Notes under the pieces: generated by a model
The model's database searches: none
Told to the model about the DNA's origin: nothing
The model's input: only the letters and a program-made list of their open reading frames with translations
Assembly (NCBI GenBank): GCA_000934665.2
Contig: KZ538155.1
Span: 62,001 to 113,877, forward strand
Direction: 5' to 3'
From: Catajapyx aquilonaris
Taxonomy: Eukaryota
DNA length: 51,877 nucleotides
In this document: piece by piece, positions 39,001 to 47,946 of the stretch
How positions within the stretch are numbered: the first letter of the stretch is position 1
Layout: each line of letters opens with the position of its first letter
Program-made: the position numbers and the translations under genes

Positions 39001-42000
39001 ATTTTCTGTCCGTCTCGATGAAAAATTCTGTCCAACAACTCAGGACATTTCGGATAACCATTACGTATATAGTTGCTATGGACTCACCTTGACATATATG
39101 TGTTAGCAGGTGGCCGATATTTGTATGGCCACATGATGGACAGAGTACTGAAATTAAGTAATATGTTGTTTTTTTATATAAAAAGCTAATAGTTTTGTAC
39201 GGCATGCAGTGACTAACAGTGCAAATAATTGCCTAAAGCCATATCTGGACGGCCTTCAGCTCTCTTGGCATTTCCTCGTCCACATAATGCAGTACAATGA
39301 TATGTTTTCTAGGGCAGTAAAATGCTTGTTTATTGCTCGGTTATGCGGGCCGGTAACAATGAATAATCGGATAATTGCTGCATAGTTGTTCCCGATTAAC
39401 TACAGTATATATTATTGCTATGCTGCAATTTACCCTGGCATATGGCAGTAATATTTTTTGGGATTATATTAATCCGGAATATTTCGATCCCACCCCCCCA
39501 AGTGCCACGTATAGTCGATGGTGCAGCTGTGTATGCGGGCAGTTGACGGAAACTGAAAGTGTGAGAGTAACTCAACTGTCTTTTTTTTCCTTTTGTGTGT
39601 TTCCGCCTCAGGGGAACCAGGGATTGGGTATCATGATCATTGAGGGTAAGCATGCAGAGCTGGGTCAGGGAATCTTCATCTCAGACATCCAGGAAACGAG
39701 CCTTGCATCAGAGGTAAGGGCACCTGTCACCCTGCGGTTTTTTTTAAAATTTTTTTAGAAGAAACACTTATTGCATGCATGAAGTCTGCTCAAAATGCGG
39801 CGGCTTCATCTATGCAAAAAAAAAACATAGAGGCTAGATCCTGTTGAGGAAGCTTGTTGGCTAATTTCCGCTCCCAATTTTCTTCTTCCTCAGGCTGGTT
39901 TGTCTGTGGGAGATATGATCCTGGCTGTGAATAAGGACGATCTGGTTGGAGCTGACTATGAAAAGGTAAGGGTTTTCAACCGGTTAAGTTTTTTTTATAT
40001 TTTTTTCGAGAGCACCTTCTTTTTTTTTGCATTGTGACTTCCACCACACTCTTGTGCTTTTATCACTCACAGGCTGCAGCAATCTTAAAGAAAACTGAAG
40101 GACTAGTGACGGTAGTTGTTTGTAACCCAGCAAAAGTGAGTAAGGAAGACTTGAGTGACGGAAAAACGTCGGGAAACACGGATACCAAGCGGGGAGCGGA
40201 TAAGCCAAGTGAGTTATGGCCACTTTTGGGCAAAACCACCCCGAAAAAAATATCAAAAAAATTTTTAATTAAAAAAAAAAAACATTGTAGCGCATTTTCC
40301 ATCACTGTTTATAACCGTGATCAGATTTCCAGCCCGGATTTATTTTAAAATACGAAACTTGGCATGCGTGCTACTTTAAAACATAAAAGTTTGTCAAACT
40401 GATTTAATGATCAATATGCAAGCAGCATGCATGAACTCGATCTTTCCGCTTTTTTTGAGGTCGTACGTATACCTTTTTTCAAAGTGACAACTGCCGTGAA
40501 CGTTTTTACTTGTCTACGGAAATGTATAGCATGTTGTTCTGGCTTCGTTTCTGTTTCTATATATATTCATATACGGCACTTGAGTTTTGTTGTTGGAGAA
40601 AAGTGAGACGCACTGTCAACGTCCACTTTTGACTCTTTTGAATGGCAAAAAAATCAGCAACAAATGGAGGGGAAAAAAAAGTATGTTGTTGCTCTTGCAC
40701 ATAACAATGAGACACTTCCCCCCTTATTATGGACTTGTATACTTTCCCATTATTTGCTCTGGAAACATAAGCCTTTCACATGCATTTTTAAAACTCTCTC
40801 AATTATTATTTTTTGAGTGGTTCTACTATTGAAATTGCACCCAATTATTAACAATATTTTCACTCATTTTTTTTCAGTCGATTTGAGCGATATACTGAAT
40901 CTTATTAGTGTCATAATAGTCATATTTTTTGTATAGTGCAGTTTTGTTGTTTATAGCAATATTTTTGAATGAATTTGGGTGCTATTTCATGCATAGGGGG
41001 CCAAAAAAAAAACGTGCTCAAAAATAATTGGAAGAGCAAATGTCCCGTGTGAGAATCTCTCTTTTGGCTTGACATCTTCACCTGATTCTCTTTGGCTAAT
41101 GGAATCCCCTCTGCTTCTTTTTTTGTCTCCCCCCACTTCGTGCCTGGATGCTTTGTGATTCCAATGGATTCCCCCCTTGTGCATGCTCTTAATGTGAGTA
41201 TCCACGTGTGTAACAATTGTGTGCGTCTGTACGTATACGTCGTGTGCATCCGCTGCCCGAAAAAAAAAAAAATGTCTCAAGTTTGGGGAAAAATTTTGTT
41301 GATTGGACCGGAGCCTAAGAGTTGTCGCGATTGCTTCTCTAGTGTTTGTCCTGAGCCAGTTTGATAGAGAGCTGAAACTCTGCATAGACCTTGCCCGCTT
41401 TTGAAAGCTCGACAATGCTAACAACATAGCAACTCTCATTACACAAGTTGCTCAAGCTGTGGTTTATTGGCTTAGGCTCGAGACTGTGCTGCTGAACAGT
41501 CAAATTATCTGACTGGGGGTTTGTGCACGATATGCCCGGCCATGTTGTGAGATAGCTAGAGCTTGCGTCCCTATACCCCCGGAATATTGTCCTATAGTTT
41601 ATAGCCCAGGGAGGAAATGAGTGTAAAAGTAAGGCCAGTTGGACTAGATCCGGAGCTCAAATTAGCCTCTACCTCATAAAGTCGTGAAGAGGCTAAGTTG
41701 AGTTTCAGGTCTGCTACCTTACTCATTTCCGTGAATTCAACTCCTTTGGTATGACTTGACACCTTGCGACCAACTTGTGTTTCAGAACTTCTCCCGAAAC
41801 CGCTCCTCCCGTCCTCTAAACCCTCGTCGCCCATGAAAACCTCGACATCCCCACAACCCGCACCGTCGCTCCCTTCCCCAAACGCAATGCTTCTACCCCA
41901 ACCCACATCTCCCCGTGTGTCCCCATCCTCCCCTTGCACCCCACGCACCCCAACACCCTCTTCTGCAAACTCCACCAAACCATCCGTGGCTCTCAAACCC

Positions 42001-44615
42001 AAATCTGGTGCTGGTGGCACCGAAGAACCCCATGATCCGCTCTCCTGCCCAGTACGACCGGGGAAGGAGACCACCATTGAGATCAACAAGGACAAGATGG
42101 GTCTCGGACTCAGCATTGTTGGAGGATCAGACACTCTTCTGGTAAGAGTCAAGAAATTAATTCTTCGCTAAATAAGTTCATGCAAGAGAAATCATATTAA
42201 GGTGCAACATAGTGTGACAGGTACACACTTTTCCTTATGCGGTTGGGATCTTTCCTAATCTTCTCCTTTTCCTGGTTTCCCAACTTAAGTTACGTATTGT
42301 GATAATTTTCCATTTTAATAGCACATCTGCAACAATTTATTTCCTCTGAATTTATTGTAGAGAAAGAGCATGAAAGTTTTGTTGAGGAAAAAAATTATTG
42401 TTGCGTCTGCTCTTAAATAATCAATATAGAGTGTTACACTTCAAAGGATGATTACATACAGAGTACTGTACTTGAGCAAACTTCCACTTTAAAAAGCCCA
42501 CTTCCTGCTCCGCCGCTGCACGTCCCATGCTATAGCTGCGTTTGGGTTTTGGTCGAAAAAGTGGATAGAACTCAGGGAGGAAGTTTATCAGGGCCCCACC
42601 TAGTTCGAGGCTGCTGGCCGTAAATTATGTACGTCAGGCCCTGCAGGAGGCGGATCACTTTGTGAGAAACTGTGCATGTGGCAGTACAGCAATAAAATTC
42701 CTCATGCTCAAAGTTGTTCAAAGTAGCTCTCAGCAGTATTAATTAAATGCTGGGTTGCATGCCATCGTTGTAAACAGGTGCTTTGGATCTAGGAAAGCCT
42801 TTTGTTGGAAGAAAGTGTATTTTTGGGCTTAATATTTCGCTTTCTCCCACGCAGGGTGCCATAATAATCCACGAGGTGTACCCAGACGGAGCAGCGGCCA
42901 AAGACGGCCGGTTGCGTCCTGGAGACCAAATCCTGGAGGTGAACAGTGAGGACTTCCGCAGCGTGACGCACAGCAGAGCTCTCACCGCTCTCAGGCAGAC
43001 TCCTGCCAAGGTCAGGATGGTGGTCTACAGGGATGAAGGATCTATGAGGGAAGAGGACATTTATGACATCCTCGACGTAGAGCTGCAGAAGAAGCCTGGA
43101 AAAGGGCTTGGCCTGAGCATCATAGGCAGGAAGAATGGACACGGAGTCTTCATTTCTGATGTGGTACGTTGGTCGCCTGCTGTACAGTGTTCTGGTAATC
43201 TAAACATAAATAATTGTAATGTGAATGTCTTCCTCTGTAAAACCTTAGGTGAAGAGTGGAGTAGCAGAAGCAGACGGACGGCTCATGAAGGGCGACCAGA
43301 TCCTCTCGGTGAATGGATATGACCTGAAGAATGCGGCTCAGGAGGAAGCGGCTGGGGTGCTTAAGACATCCATGGGGAAGCTTGTCATGAAGATCGGCAG
43401 GCTCAAAGCCAGCTCAAGGCACAGCTCTGGAGGATCAAGCCCTAAACCCAGCGATGCCACCGACGAGTACGATGATCCTTTACTTTCTCAAAATTATTAA
43501 ATTTATAATCCTGAGGTGCAGATTTGCTGTAATTATACATGTCTCTTGAATTCCCTTGTGCTGCAGGAGGCATAAATAAAGCAGTAAGTATAAATCTCTT
43601 GTGAGCTTGGAATCTGAAGCAAGAAAAACAATTTAATATCGAGTGTTGTGCAATTTTAGCAAGCTTTTTTATAGTCTTGGCATTTATTTTTTTGTAAGTT
43701 ACTTTTTTATATTAATTTTTATTTTGAGCATGTTGCTGAGTTTATTAATGTCACTCATTACGATCATGTCAACTTAAATTGGATGCACGGTTTTATTACC
43801 CAATCTGTAATCATAGATTCAGCCTATGAGTGCGAGTGAAAAATAATTATTGGCAATTTTTTGTCGGTATTAATTATTGCATGTATCGCCATAGATGCCA
43901 ATGAATGCTAACGAGAGAATGTACTGTAGTTAATCACATAAAAGTGAAGTACTAATTATTTGTTAAATGGTTTCGATTTTAGCTGCACACTAGTCATTGT
44001 TTGAACAGCTACCCCTCCTGGGAAATTAGCATCAAAATATAGCAGGCAGCAAAATGATAGGAAGTAAAAACATGGCATCATAGCTAATCTACTAACACAT
44101 CACAAAACTTTGGTAATGAAAATGCGAAAATGCTTCATGGCAAAATACGGTGCAGCGAAATGACACGTATTCCATTAGAGATAATGAACTTTATATTGCG
44201 TGCAACAGACACGTTAAATGTAGCTAATAATCACGTTGTCACCTCCTGCAGCTGGAAGTCCCCAGAGACTCCCCCAGCCTCTGACAGTGACGTGGCCATC
44301 ACCCTGAAGAGCCGCACGTCATCCGGCAATGGCGTCCAGCAGCATCAAGGGAGTGTGTCCATACATCTGGAGCGAGGGTCTGAAGGCCTGGGCTTCAGCA
44401 TAGTGGGTGGGCACGCCAGTCCGCATGGGGACCTCCCAATCTACGTGAAGACAGTGTTCGAGAAGGGGGCGGCTGCCCAGGAAGGGACCCTCAAGCGGGG
44501 GGACCAGATCCTGGCGGTGGACGGGGTGCTTCTGGAGGGACTCACCCACCACCAGGCCGTGGACCTGCTCAAAAACGCACATGGAACTGTCTCCCTCACC
44601 ATTCTTTCCTCGTAA
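1..44615 (+). CDS. MPDZ: Multi-PDZ domain scaffold gene (MPDZ/MUPP1-PATJ-InaD family), 5'-truncated, 22 coding exons in window
   Basis: Exons joined by GT..AG introns with matching phases give one open frame of 4455 nt ending at TAA 44613-44615. It holds seven PDZ domains with GLGL/GLGI/GLGF loops and GD(x)IL(x)V(N/D)G motifs, in the order of MPDZ PDZ6,7,8,9,10,11,13 (recalled homology). Confidence 0.9.
187..388 (+). CDS. MPDZ: MPDZ-like exon: acidic linker and start of PDZ6-equivalent
   Basis: tttcag|GTTGAA...CTGG|gtaggt; VELSPLMV...[14 protein letters not shown]; phase 0 to 1. Confidence 0.88.
695..896 (+). CDS. MPDZ: MPDZ-like exon: PDZ6-equivalent core
   Basis: tttcag|GC ATC...GTC AG|gtaaga; GINVES...[20 protein letters not shown]...QARAILRR; phase 1 to 2. 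Confidence 0.93.
1561..1671 (+). CDS. MPDZ: MPDZ-like exon: end of PDZ6-equivalent ([11 protein letters not shown]...)
   Basis: tttcag|C ATC ACG TAC...TCC AG|gtgagg; phase 2 to 2; ITYIP resembles MPDZ ITYVP. Confidence 0.9.
2033..2882 (+). CDS. MPDZ: MPDZ-like exon: long Ser/Pro-rich linker with SP(E/D)K repeats
   Basis: ttccag|C ACA...ACG CAG|gttggt; inside ORF 1998-2915; phase 2 to 0 is required to join the flanking exons. Confidence 0.85.
2094..2351 (+). repeat. Coding tandem repeat encoding 13 S-P-x-K/R motifs
   Basis: Repeated TCACCAGA(G/A)AA / TCACCTGA(T/C)AA units, mostly 21-nt period (SPEKVTR-type heptads). Confidence 0.9.
4619..4759 (+). CDS. MPDZ: MPDZ-like exon: start of PDZ7 / InaD PDZ1-equivalent
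   Basis: caacag|GGT CAG...GGG AAG|gtgagc; [26 protein letters not shown]. Confidence 0.92.
5074..5178 (+). CDS. MPDZ: MPDZ-like exon: PDZ7 middle
   Basis: tttcag|GTG GAT...TTG AAG|gtagag; [21 protein letters not shown]. Confidence 0.93.
5253..5378 (+). CDS. MPDZ: MPDZ-like exon: PDZ7 end
   Basis: (t)n ctag|ACT GGG...CAA TGG|gtgagt; [42 protein letters not shown]. Confidence 0.94.
6271..6744 (+). CDS. MPDZ: MPDZ-like exon: Ser/Thr/Pro/Glu-rich linker (symmetric, possibly cassette)
   Basis: catcag|AAC TTT...GAC CAG|gtgagg; 474 nt open frame, phase 0 to 0. Confidence 0.75.
7880..8026 (+). CDS. MPDZ: MPDZ-like exon: InaD-type PDZ1-PDZ2 linker
   Basis: tcttag|CCT GGA...AAA GAG|gtgagc; ...[21 protein letters not shown]. 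Confidence 0.9.
8110..8200 (+). CDS. MPDZ: MPDZ-like exon: IDRASAGN...EDDFGYTL (InaD signature)
   Basis: ttgcag|ATT GAC...TTA T|gtgagt; phase 0 to 1. Confidence 0.93.
14451..14515. repeat. Imperfect inverted repeat (65-nt hairpin)
   Basis: ctaaccgaggcgtgattg...cctcacgtga c tcatgtgagg...caattacgcctcggttag; most arm mismatches are G-U compatible. Confidence 0.8.
15842..15947 (+). CDS. Candidate alternative first coding exon ([35 protein letters not shown])
   Basis: AAG ATG G start context with an in-frame upstream stop at 15794; GC-rich codons; ends TCA G|gtatac, phase 1, in frame with the acceptor at 20489. Confidence 0.55.
17577..17765. other. Assembly gap (N run) flanked by poly-C
   Basis: Run of N. 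A smaller N run sits within poly-G at 15139-15147. Confidence 0.98.
19516..19620 (+). promoter_or_regulatory. Array of four CTCF-like motifs at exact 31-bp spacing
   Basis: TAGGTGGCAGTAC (19516), TAGATGGCAGCAC (19547, 19578), TAGATGGCGCCA (19609); matches the CTCF core AG(G/A)TGGC(G/A). Confidence 0.55.
20489..20685 (+). CDS. MPDZ: MPDZ-like exon: PDZ8 / InaD PDZ2-equivalent
   Basis: ttgcag|TG AAA...CTA GAG|gtatat; [44 protein letters not shown]...GDEILE. Confidence 0.95.
21203..21268. repeat. 66-bp near-perfect palindrome (33-bp arms, no loop, 1 mismatch)
   Basis: attcattcaagtaattgctcagtaatcagctta|taagctgattacttagcaattacttgaatgaat. Confidence 0.92.
27001..27017. repeat. (TG)n microsatellite
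   Basis: tgtgtgtgtgtgtgtgt. Confidence 0.8.
29734..29828 (+). CDS. MPDZ: MPDZ-like exon: PDZ8 end
   Basis: tcgcag|ATC AAC...CTG CG|gtgagt; [32 protein letters not shown]. Confidence 0.94.
36387..36456 (+). CDS. MPDZ: MPDZ-like exon: [23 protein letters not shown]
   Basis: tttcag|A CGG...GAT GAG|gtaagt; phase 2 to 0; AVKPI..FP resembles InaD CVKPIKKFP. Confidence 0.9.
38601..38657 (+). CDS. MPDZ: MPDZ-like exon: [19 protein letters not shown]
   Basis: ttgcag|GCA...AAC AAG|gtaggt; supplies the first beta strand of the next PDZ. Confidence 0.9.
39612..39713 (+). CDS. MPDZ: MPDZ-like exon: PDZ9 / InaD PDZ3-equivalent
   Basis: cctcag|GGG AAC...TCA GAG|gtaagg; [25 protein letters not shown]. 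Confidence 0.94.
39894..39965 (+). CDS. MPDZ: MPDZ-like exon: [24 protein letters not shown]
   Basis: cctcag|GCT...GAA AAG|gtaagg. Confidence 0.94.
40073..40208 (+). CDS. MPDZ: MPDZ-like exon: PDZ9 end ([19 protein letters not shown]...)
   Basis: tcacag|GCT...CCA A|gtgagt; phase 0 to 1. Confidence 0.9.
41786..42141 (+). CDS. MPDZ: MPDZ-like exon: Pro/Ser linker and start of PDZ10
   Basis: tttcag|AA CTT...CTT CTG|gtaaga; [36 protein letters not shown]. Confidence 0.9.
42855..43163 (+). CDS. MPDZ: MPDZ-like exon: PDZ10 and start of PDZ11
   Basis: acgcag|GGT GCC...GAT GTG|gtacgt; [30 protein letters not shown]...[16 protein letters not shown]. Confidence 0.95.
43249..43466 (+). CDS. MPDZ: MPDZ-like exon: PDZ11 end
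   Basis: ccttag|GTG AAG...GAC GA|gtacga (weak donor, phase 2, fits the last exon); [20 protein letters not shown]. Confidence 0.88.
44252..44615 (+). CDS. MPDZ: MPDZ-like terminal coding exon: PDZ13-equivalent
   Basis: ctgcag|C TGG...[42 protein letters not shown]...[12 protein letters not shown]...TVSLTILSS*. Confidence 0.93.
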
Positions 44616-45600
44616 CAAGAGCAGCTCTACTTTGGTTTCGTTTCGACCTCCTCCAGCATGCTTCTGCAGGACACGACAAATCAAAACAAGTGGCCACAGG
44701 TGCAAGTGGGGAATTTTAACAGACCATTTTAAAACTCAGGAAGTCGAGGTGATGTTGGGCCAAGGTTTTTTGCATGGGGACCATTGCTTTGTTGTTGACA
44801 ATTTTTTGAACCCTCACAGCCCCCTGCCCCCCACCCCCCACCCCCACTTTGACCATTGTTGAGACTTTTAAGTGTTATGGGGGTGGAGACTCACATACAC
44901 ACACAATTAACTCACACATACACAAAAGTCTCTTGTCCAATAGATTACTACTACTAGTGTGAGCAACATATCGCATAGTTCGTAGAGCCAGTGGGAGGGG
45001 GAAAAAAAAGACAGGGGACAATGATAGTGTGGTGCTTTTCTTTTCCGCTCTCTCTATATTATCTCCCCCACTAGAGACTGTGCTGACGCAATCACAGTTT
45101 CAAACCTTAGCGCATCTTTTTTATAATACGATTATGTTTATTAAAAATTCCGCATGTCACTCTGTATGTGAATAAGTATAAAAGACACCTCCCCATCCCT
45201 CCCCCTCCCCAACATACACACATTACACACGACACCACACACATGACCACAGCCCACCTCCCATAAGATGCTACACAACAAACTATGAATGTTGACTTTA
45301 AAAACAATGTAGATACACGAGTTGATTCGTTTTTTCCTTTTCTCCTGTGATTTTTCTAGTTGTAATCAAGCAAGTTTTTTTCTCCCCATGTTGAGAAGCT
45401 CTCTGTAAAAGCGGTTTTTATTCCCAATTCTCTATGAGAGTGTTAAATGGAGCTGCTTTCCAGGAGCGGTTGAGGACTCATTATGAAAAAATATAAAGAT
45501 AAAATAAAGGAAAAAAAGTTATAATAAGAAGGAGGACCAGGTACGTTAAAAAAAGTTAAGACTTTGAATTTTACATCCGATCCCACAATTGTATTGTTAC

Positions 45601-45606
45601 AATAAA
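45601..45606 (+). terminator. Probable polyadenylation signal of the MPDZ-like gene
   Basis: AATAAA about 1 kb after the stop, followed ~25 nt later by a GT/T-rich tract (ttttgtgttttgttg). A second AATAAA lies near 45503. Confidence 0.5.
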
Positions 45607-46269
45607 CAAGTGTACATCTCCACAGAATTTTGTGTTTTGTTGCATAAAACCATTAAGGTGCACTGAAGAGGCTAGAACCAATAATGCAGTATGGTCTACA
45701 GACTGTTGCTTCTACTCTATTTCTAGTAGTCAGTGGTGAGAAACCCACTCTTGCCAATGCCAAAAGTCAAGCTGTGCCCAAAGAGAAGACAGGCTGCAAC
45801 AATTTCACAAATCGCTAAAATAGAAATCAACCCATCACTCATTACTGAACAATGCTAACTACGTGATTGTGATTCCACTACTTCACACTGTCTTTGTTAA
45901 CTTTTTGGCGGTCTCACTTTTAGTCTGCATCACCTAGTTGACAAAATAAGCCAGAGGTGCTCATTAAGCAACGGGTCCGCATTTGACGACTTTCCTCTAC
46001 TAATAGCGGACTGAAATCACACAAGAGTAGTTGAACTCGTTGACAATCCATCTGGGTTCACATGGGCGTCTTTGTGACTGTCTTTTTTGCCTCTGTTGTT
46101 GTGTTTACTGAAGTTGGCTGCACCACCCTCTACTCAAGGACACTATAGCTGGTTCCCTCTCTAAACTGGTCTAGTCTCGAGCTAGCCCCGTCGACTAATG
46201 CATATATAATTATGTTGAGCTCAATGAAATTTCTGGAGTCCCCCAATCTCTTTCACTTATAGCCTATAA

Positions 46270-46703
46270 GCAACCATTTTGTTTGGAGCATCGCTGCTTT
46301 GTTGGCAACTCTTTGTTTGGAACGCTGTTATGTTGGCAACCATTTGTTTGGAAGACTGATGTGTTGACAACGGTTTGTTTGGAACGTTGCTGCTGTGTTG
46401 GCAACCATTTGTTTGGAACGCTGCGGTGTTGGCAACCCTTTGTTTGGAACACTGCTGATGTGTTGGCAACCCTTTGTTTGGAACGCTGCTGCTGTGTTGG
46501 CAACCCTTTGTTTGGAACACTTCTGCTGTGTTGGCAACCCTTTGTTTGGAACACTGCTGCTGTATTGGCAACCCTTTGTTTGGAACGCCGCAGTGTTGGC
46601 AACCCTTTGTTTGGAACACTGCTGCTGTGTTGGCAACCATTTGTTTGGAACGTTGCTGCTGTGTTGGCAACCCTTTGTTTGGAACGCTGCTGTGTTGGCA
46701 ATC
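46270..46703. repeat. Minisatellite, about 13-14 copies of a 31/34-bp unit
   Basis: Consensus GTTGGCAACCCTTTGTTTGGAAC(A/G)CTGC(TGC)TGT repeated head to tail. Confidence 0.95.
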
Positions 46704-46834
46704 CGTATGTTTTTTCTCGTGCACGATCAAGTTAGATCTGTAGGAAAAGGATTTGTCGCAATGCGAGCATGAGTGTGACTTTCTGTCACCACTGCACTTG
46801 TGAGTGTTCATGTGATGCTTCAACGGCAAATGAA
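46700..46834 (-). pseudogene. C2H2 zinc-finger gene fragment (terminal exon or relic)
   Basis: ORF 46877-46257 reads ..LKHHMNTH-KCSGDRKSHS-CSHCDKSFSYRSNLIVHEKKH-TD: one complete C-x2-C-x3-F-x5-L-x2-H-x3-H finger plus a half finger. Possible acceptor atgcag| at 46834. Confidence 0.55.
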
Positions 46835-47179
46835 CTGCATAATATTTCAAGGTGTGTGTGTTTTTTTTACTTTCCAAATTTTAGCGCGAGAAACTTCCAA
46901 TCGAGACATTGAAAATAAAATATCGACCCGTGTCGACCTTTATTGTTCCAAACCGCGTAGGCTACGCACATTGCGGTTTGCTATATATAGGTAACTGTAC
47001 ACTAGTGAGGGGAAGTTGCATTTCTTGGTAATAATCCGTAAGTGCCAATCTCTCTGGCTTAATATTAAAATCCGTTGTAATATTATCTCACCTGCCAGAT
47101 ATAGCCCGGCCAACCCGTGTATGAAATCAAAGCATCTGAAGCATCTGAAAAAATGGGACGGGACATTATATTGAAGGGC

Positions 47180-47293
47180 TCTCTGCAATAACCAGGTAGG
47201 CCTATGTGGACTTGGGACTTTTTTCCAGAGTTTCAAAGGAAAAAGACTGTAAACCAGGTAAGGCCACATATGCATACCTGGTTATTGCAGAGA
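47180..47293. mobile_element. MITE-like element with 34-bp imperfect terminal inverted repeats
   Basis: 47180-47213 and 47260-47293 are reverse complements (outer 19 bp perfect, 3 mismatches in total). No clear target-site duplication. Confidence 0.45.
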
Positions 47294-47856
47294 ACCATTC
47301 CAGGTAAGGGTTCTGACTTACTTGTTAGTTTACAACCTTTCCGCTTTAAAACCGGTATAGTAATTATGCACTCTGGCATTTTGTTGGTGTGGCATGAAAG
47401 TATTTCGTAAGCTTGTCATATGTGGTCAACATAATTATACTGATCATCAAAATATTGCACCAATACAAAAATACTACGGTGTTATGGGCCCGCATATTTG
47501 AGGTGCATGTGTACAGGGTGTTCCTTACTAGTAGTAGGTCACCCTGAGGTCAACCGGCAGGCGGCGTATTCCTTGGCCCAAAATAGGTATAAAATGTAAG
47601 GGTGAAAAATGCAGAGGAACCAACCTGCAACGAAGTAGGCGATCAGAAACATTGGCCTGCCCCTAGACATAGGCGGCAACACACACGGCGCCTCTTTGAA
47701 GGAAGATCTTCTTGGCAGATGAATCCGCTAATAAATCGCAAATTCAGCAGTTGGACCAGAATCTTCGCAGTAAATAAGTATTACAAAAGTATTTCAGTTG
47801 AATGAGTGTACTTTTGAATACACCTGCGTGAAATCCAAAAGTTTCACAAAAGGAAG

Positions 47857-47946
47857 TCCTTCGGACCGGATTTGAACCAGTGACCTATGGATGCCTGCTA
47901 TCCAACCAACTACAGTCCACCGCTCTACCAACTGAGCTACCGAAGG
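47857..47946 (-). tRNA. trnY: tRNA-Tyr(GTA) with 17-nt intron (47893-47909)
   Basis: CCTTCGGTAGCTCAGTTGGTAGAGCGGTGGACTGTAG[ttggttggatagcaggc]ATCCATAGGTCACTGGTTCAAATCCGGTCCGAAGGA; cloverleaf intact, intron at canonical 37/38, TTTT terminator downstream. Confidence 0.95.

Noticed and set aside
40136..40141. Alternative donor AAA|gtgagt inside exon 40073-40208
   Set aside because: Phase 0 would shift the frame against the phase-1 acceptor at 41786.
40878..40936. Possible alternative terminal exon with a hydrophobic end after ttttcag
   Set aside because: AT-rich intron-like composition with no independent support.
41592..42152. 186-aa minus-strand ORF
   Set aside because: Antisense shadow of the Pro/Ser-rich exon 41786-42141.
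46270..46703. CRISPR-like array
   Set aside because: The units are contiguous with no unique spacers, the context is eukaryotic and there are no cas genes. It is a minisatellite.
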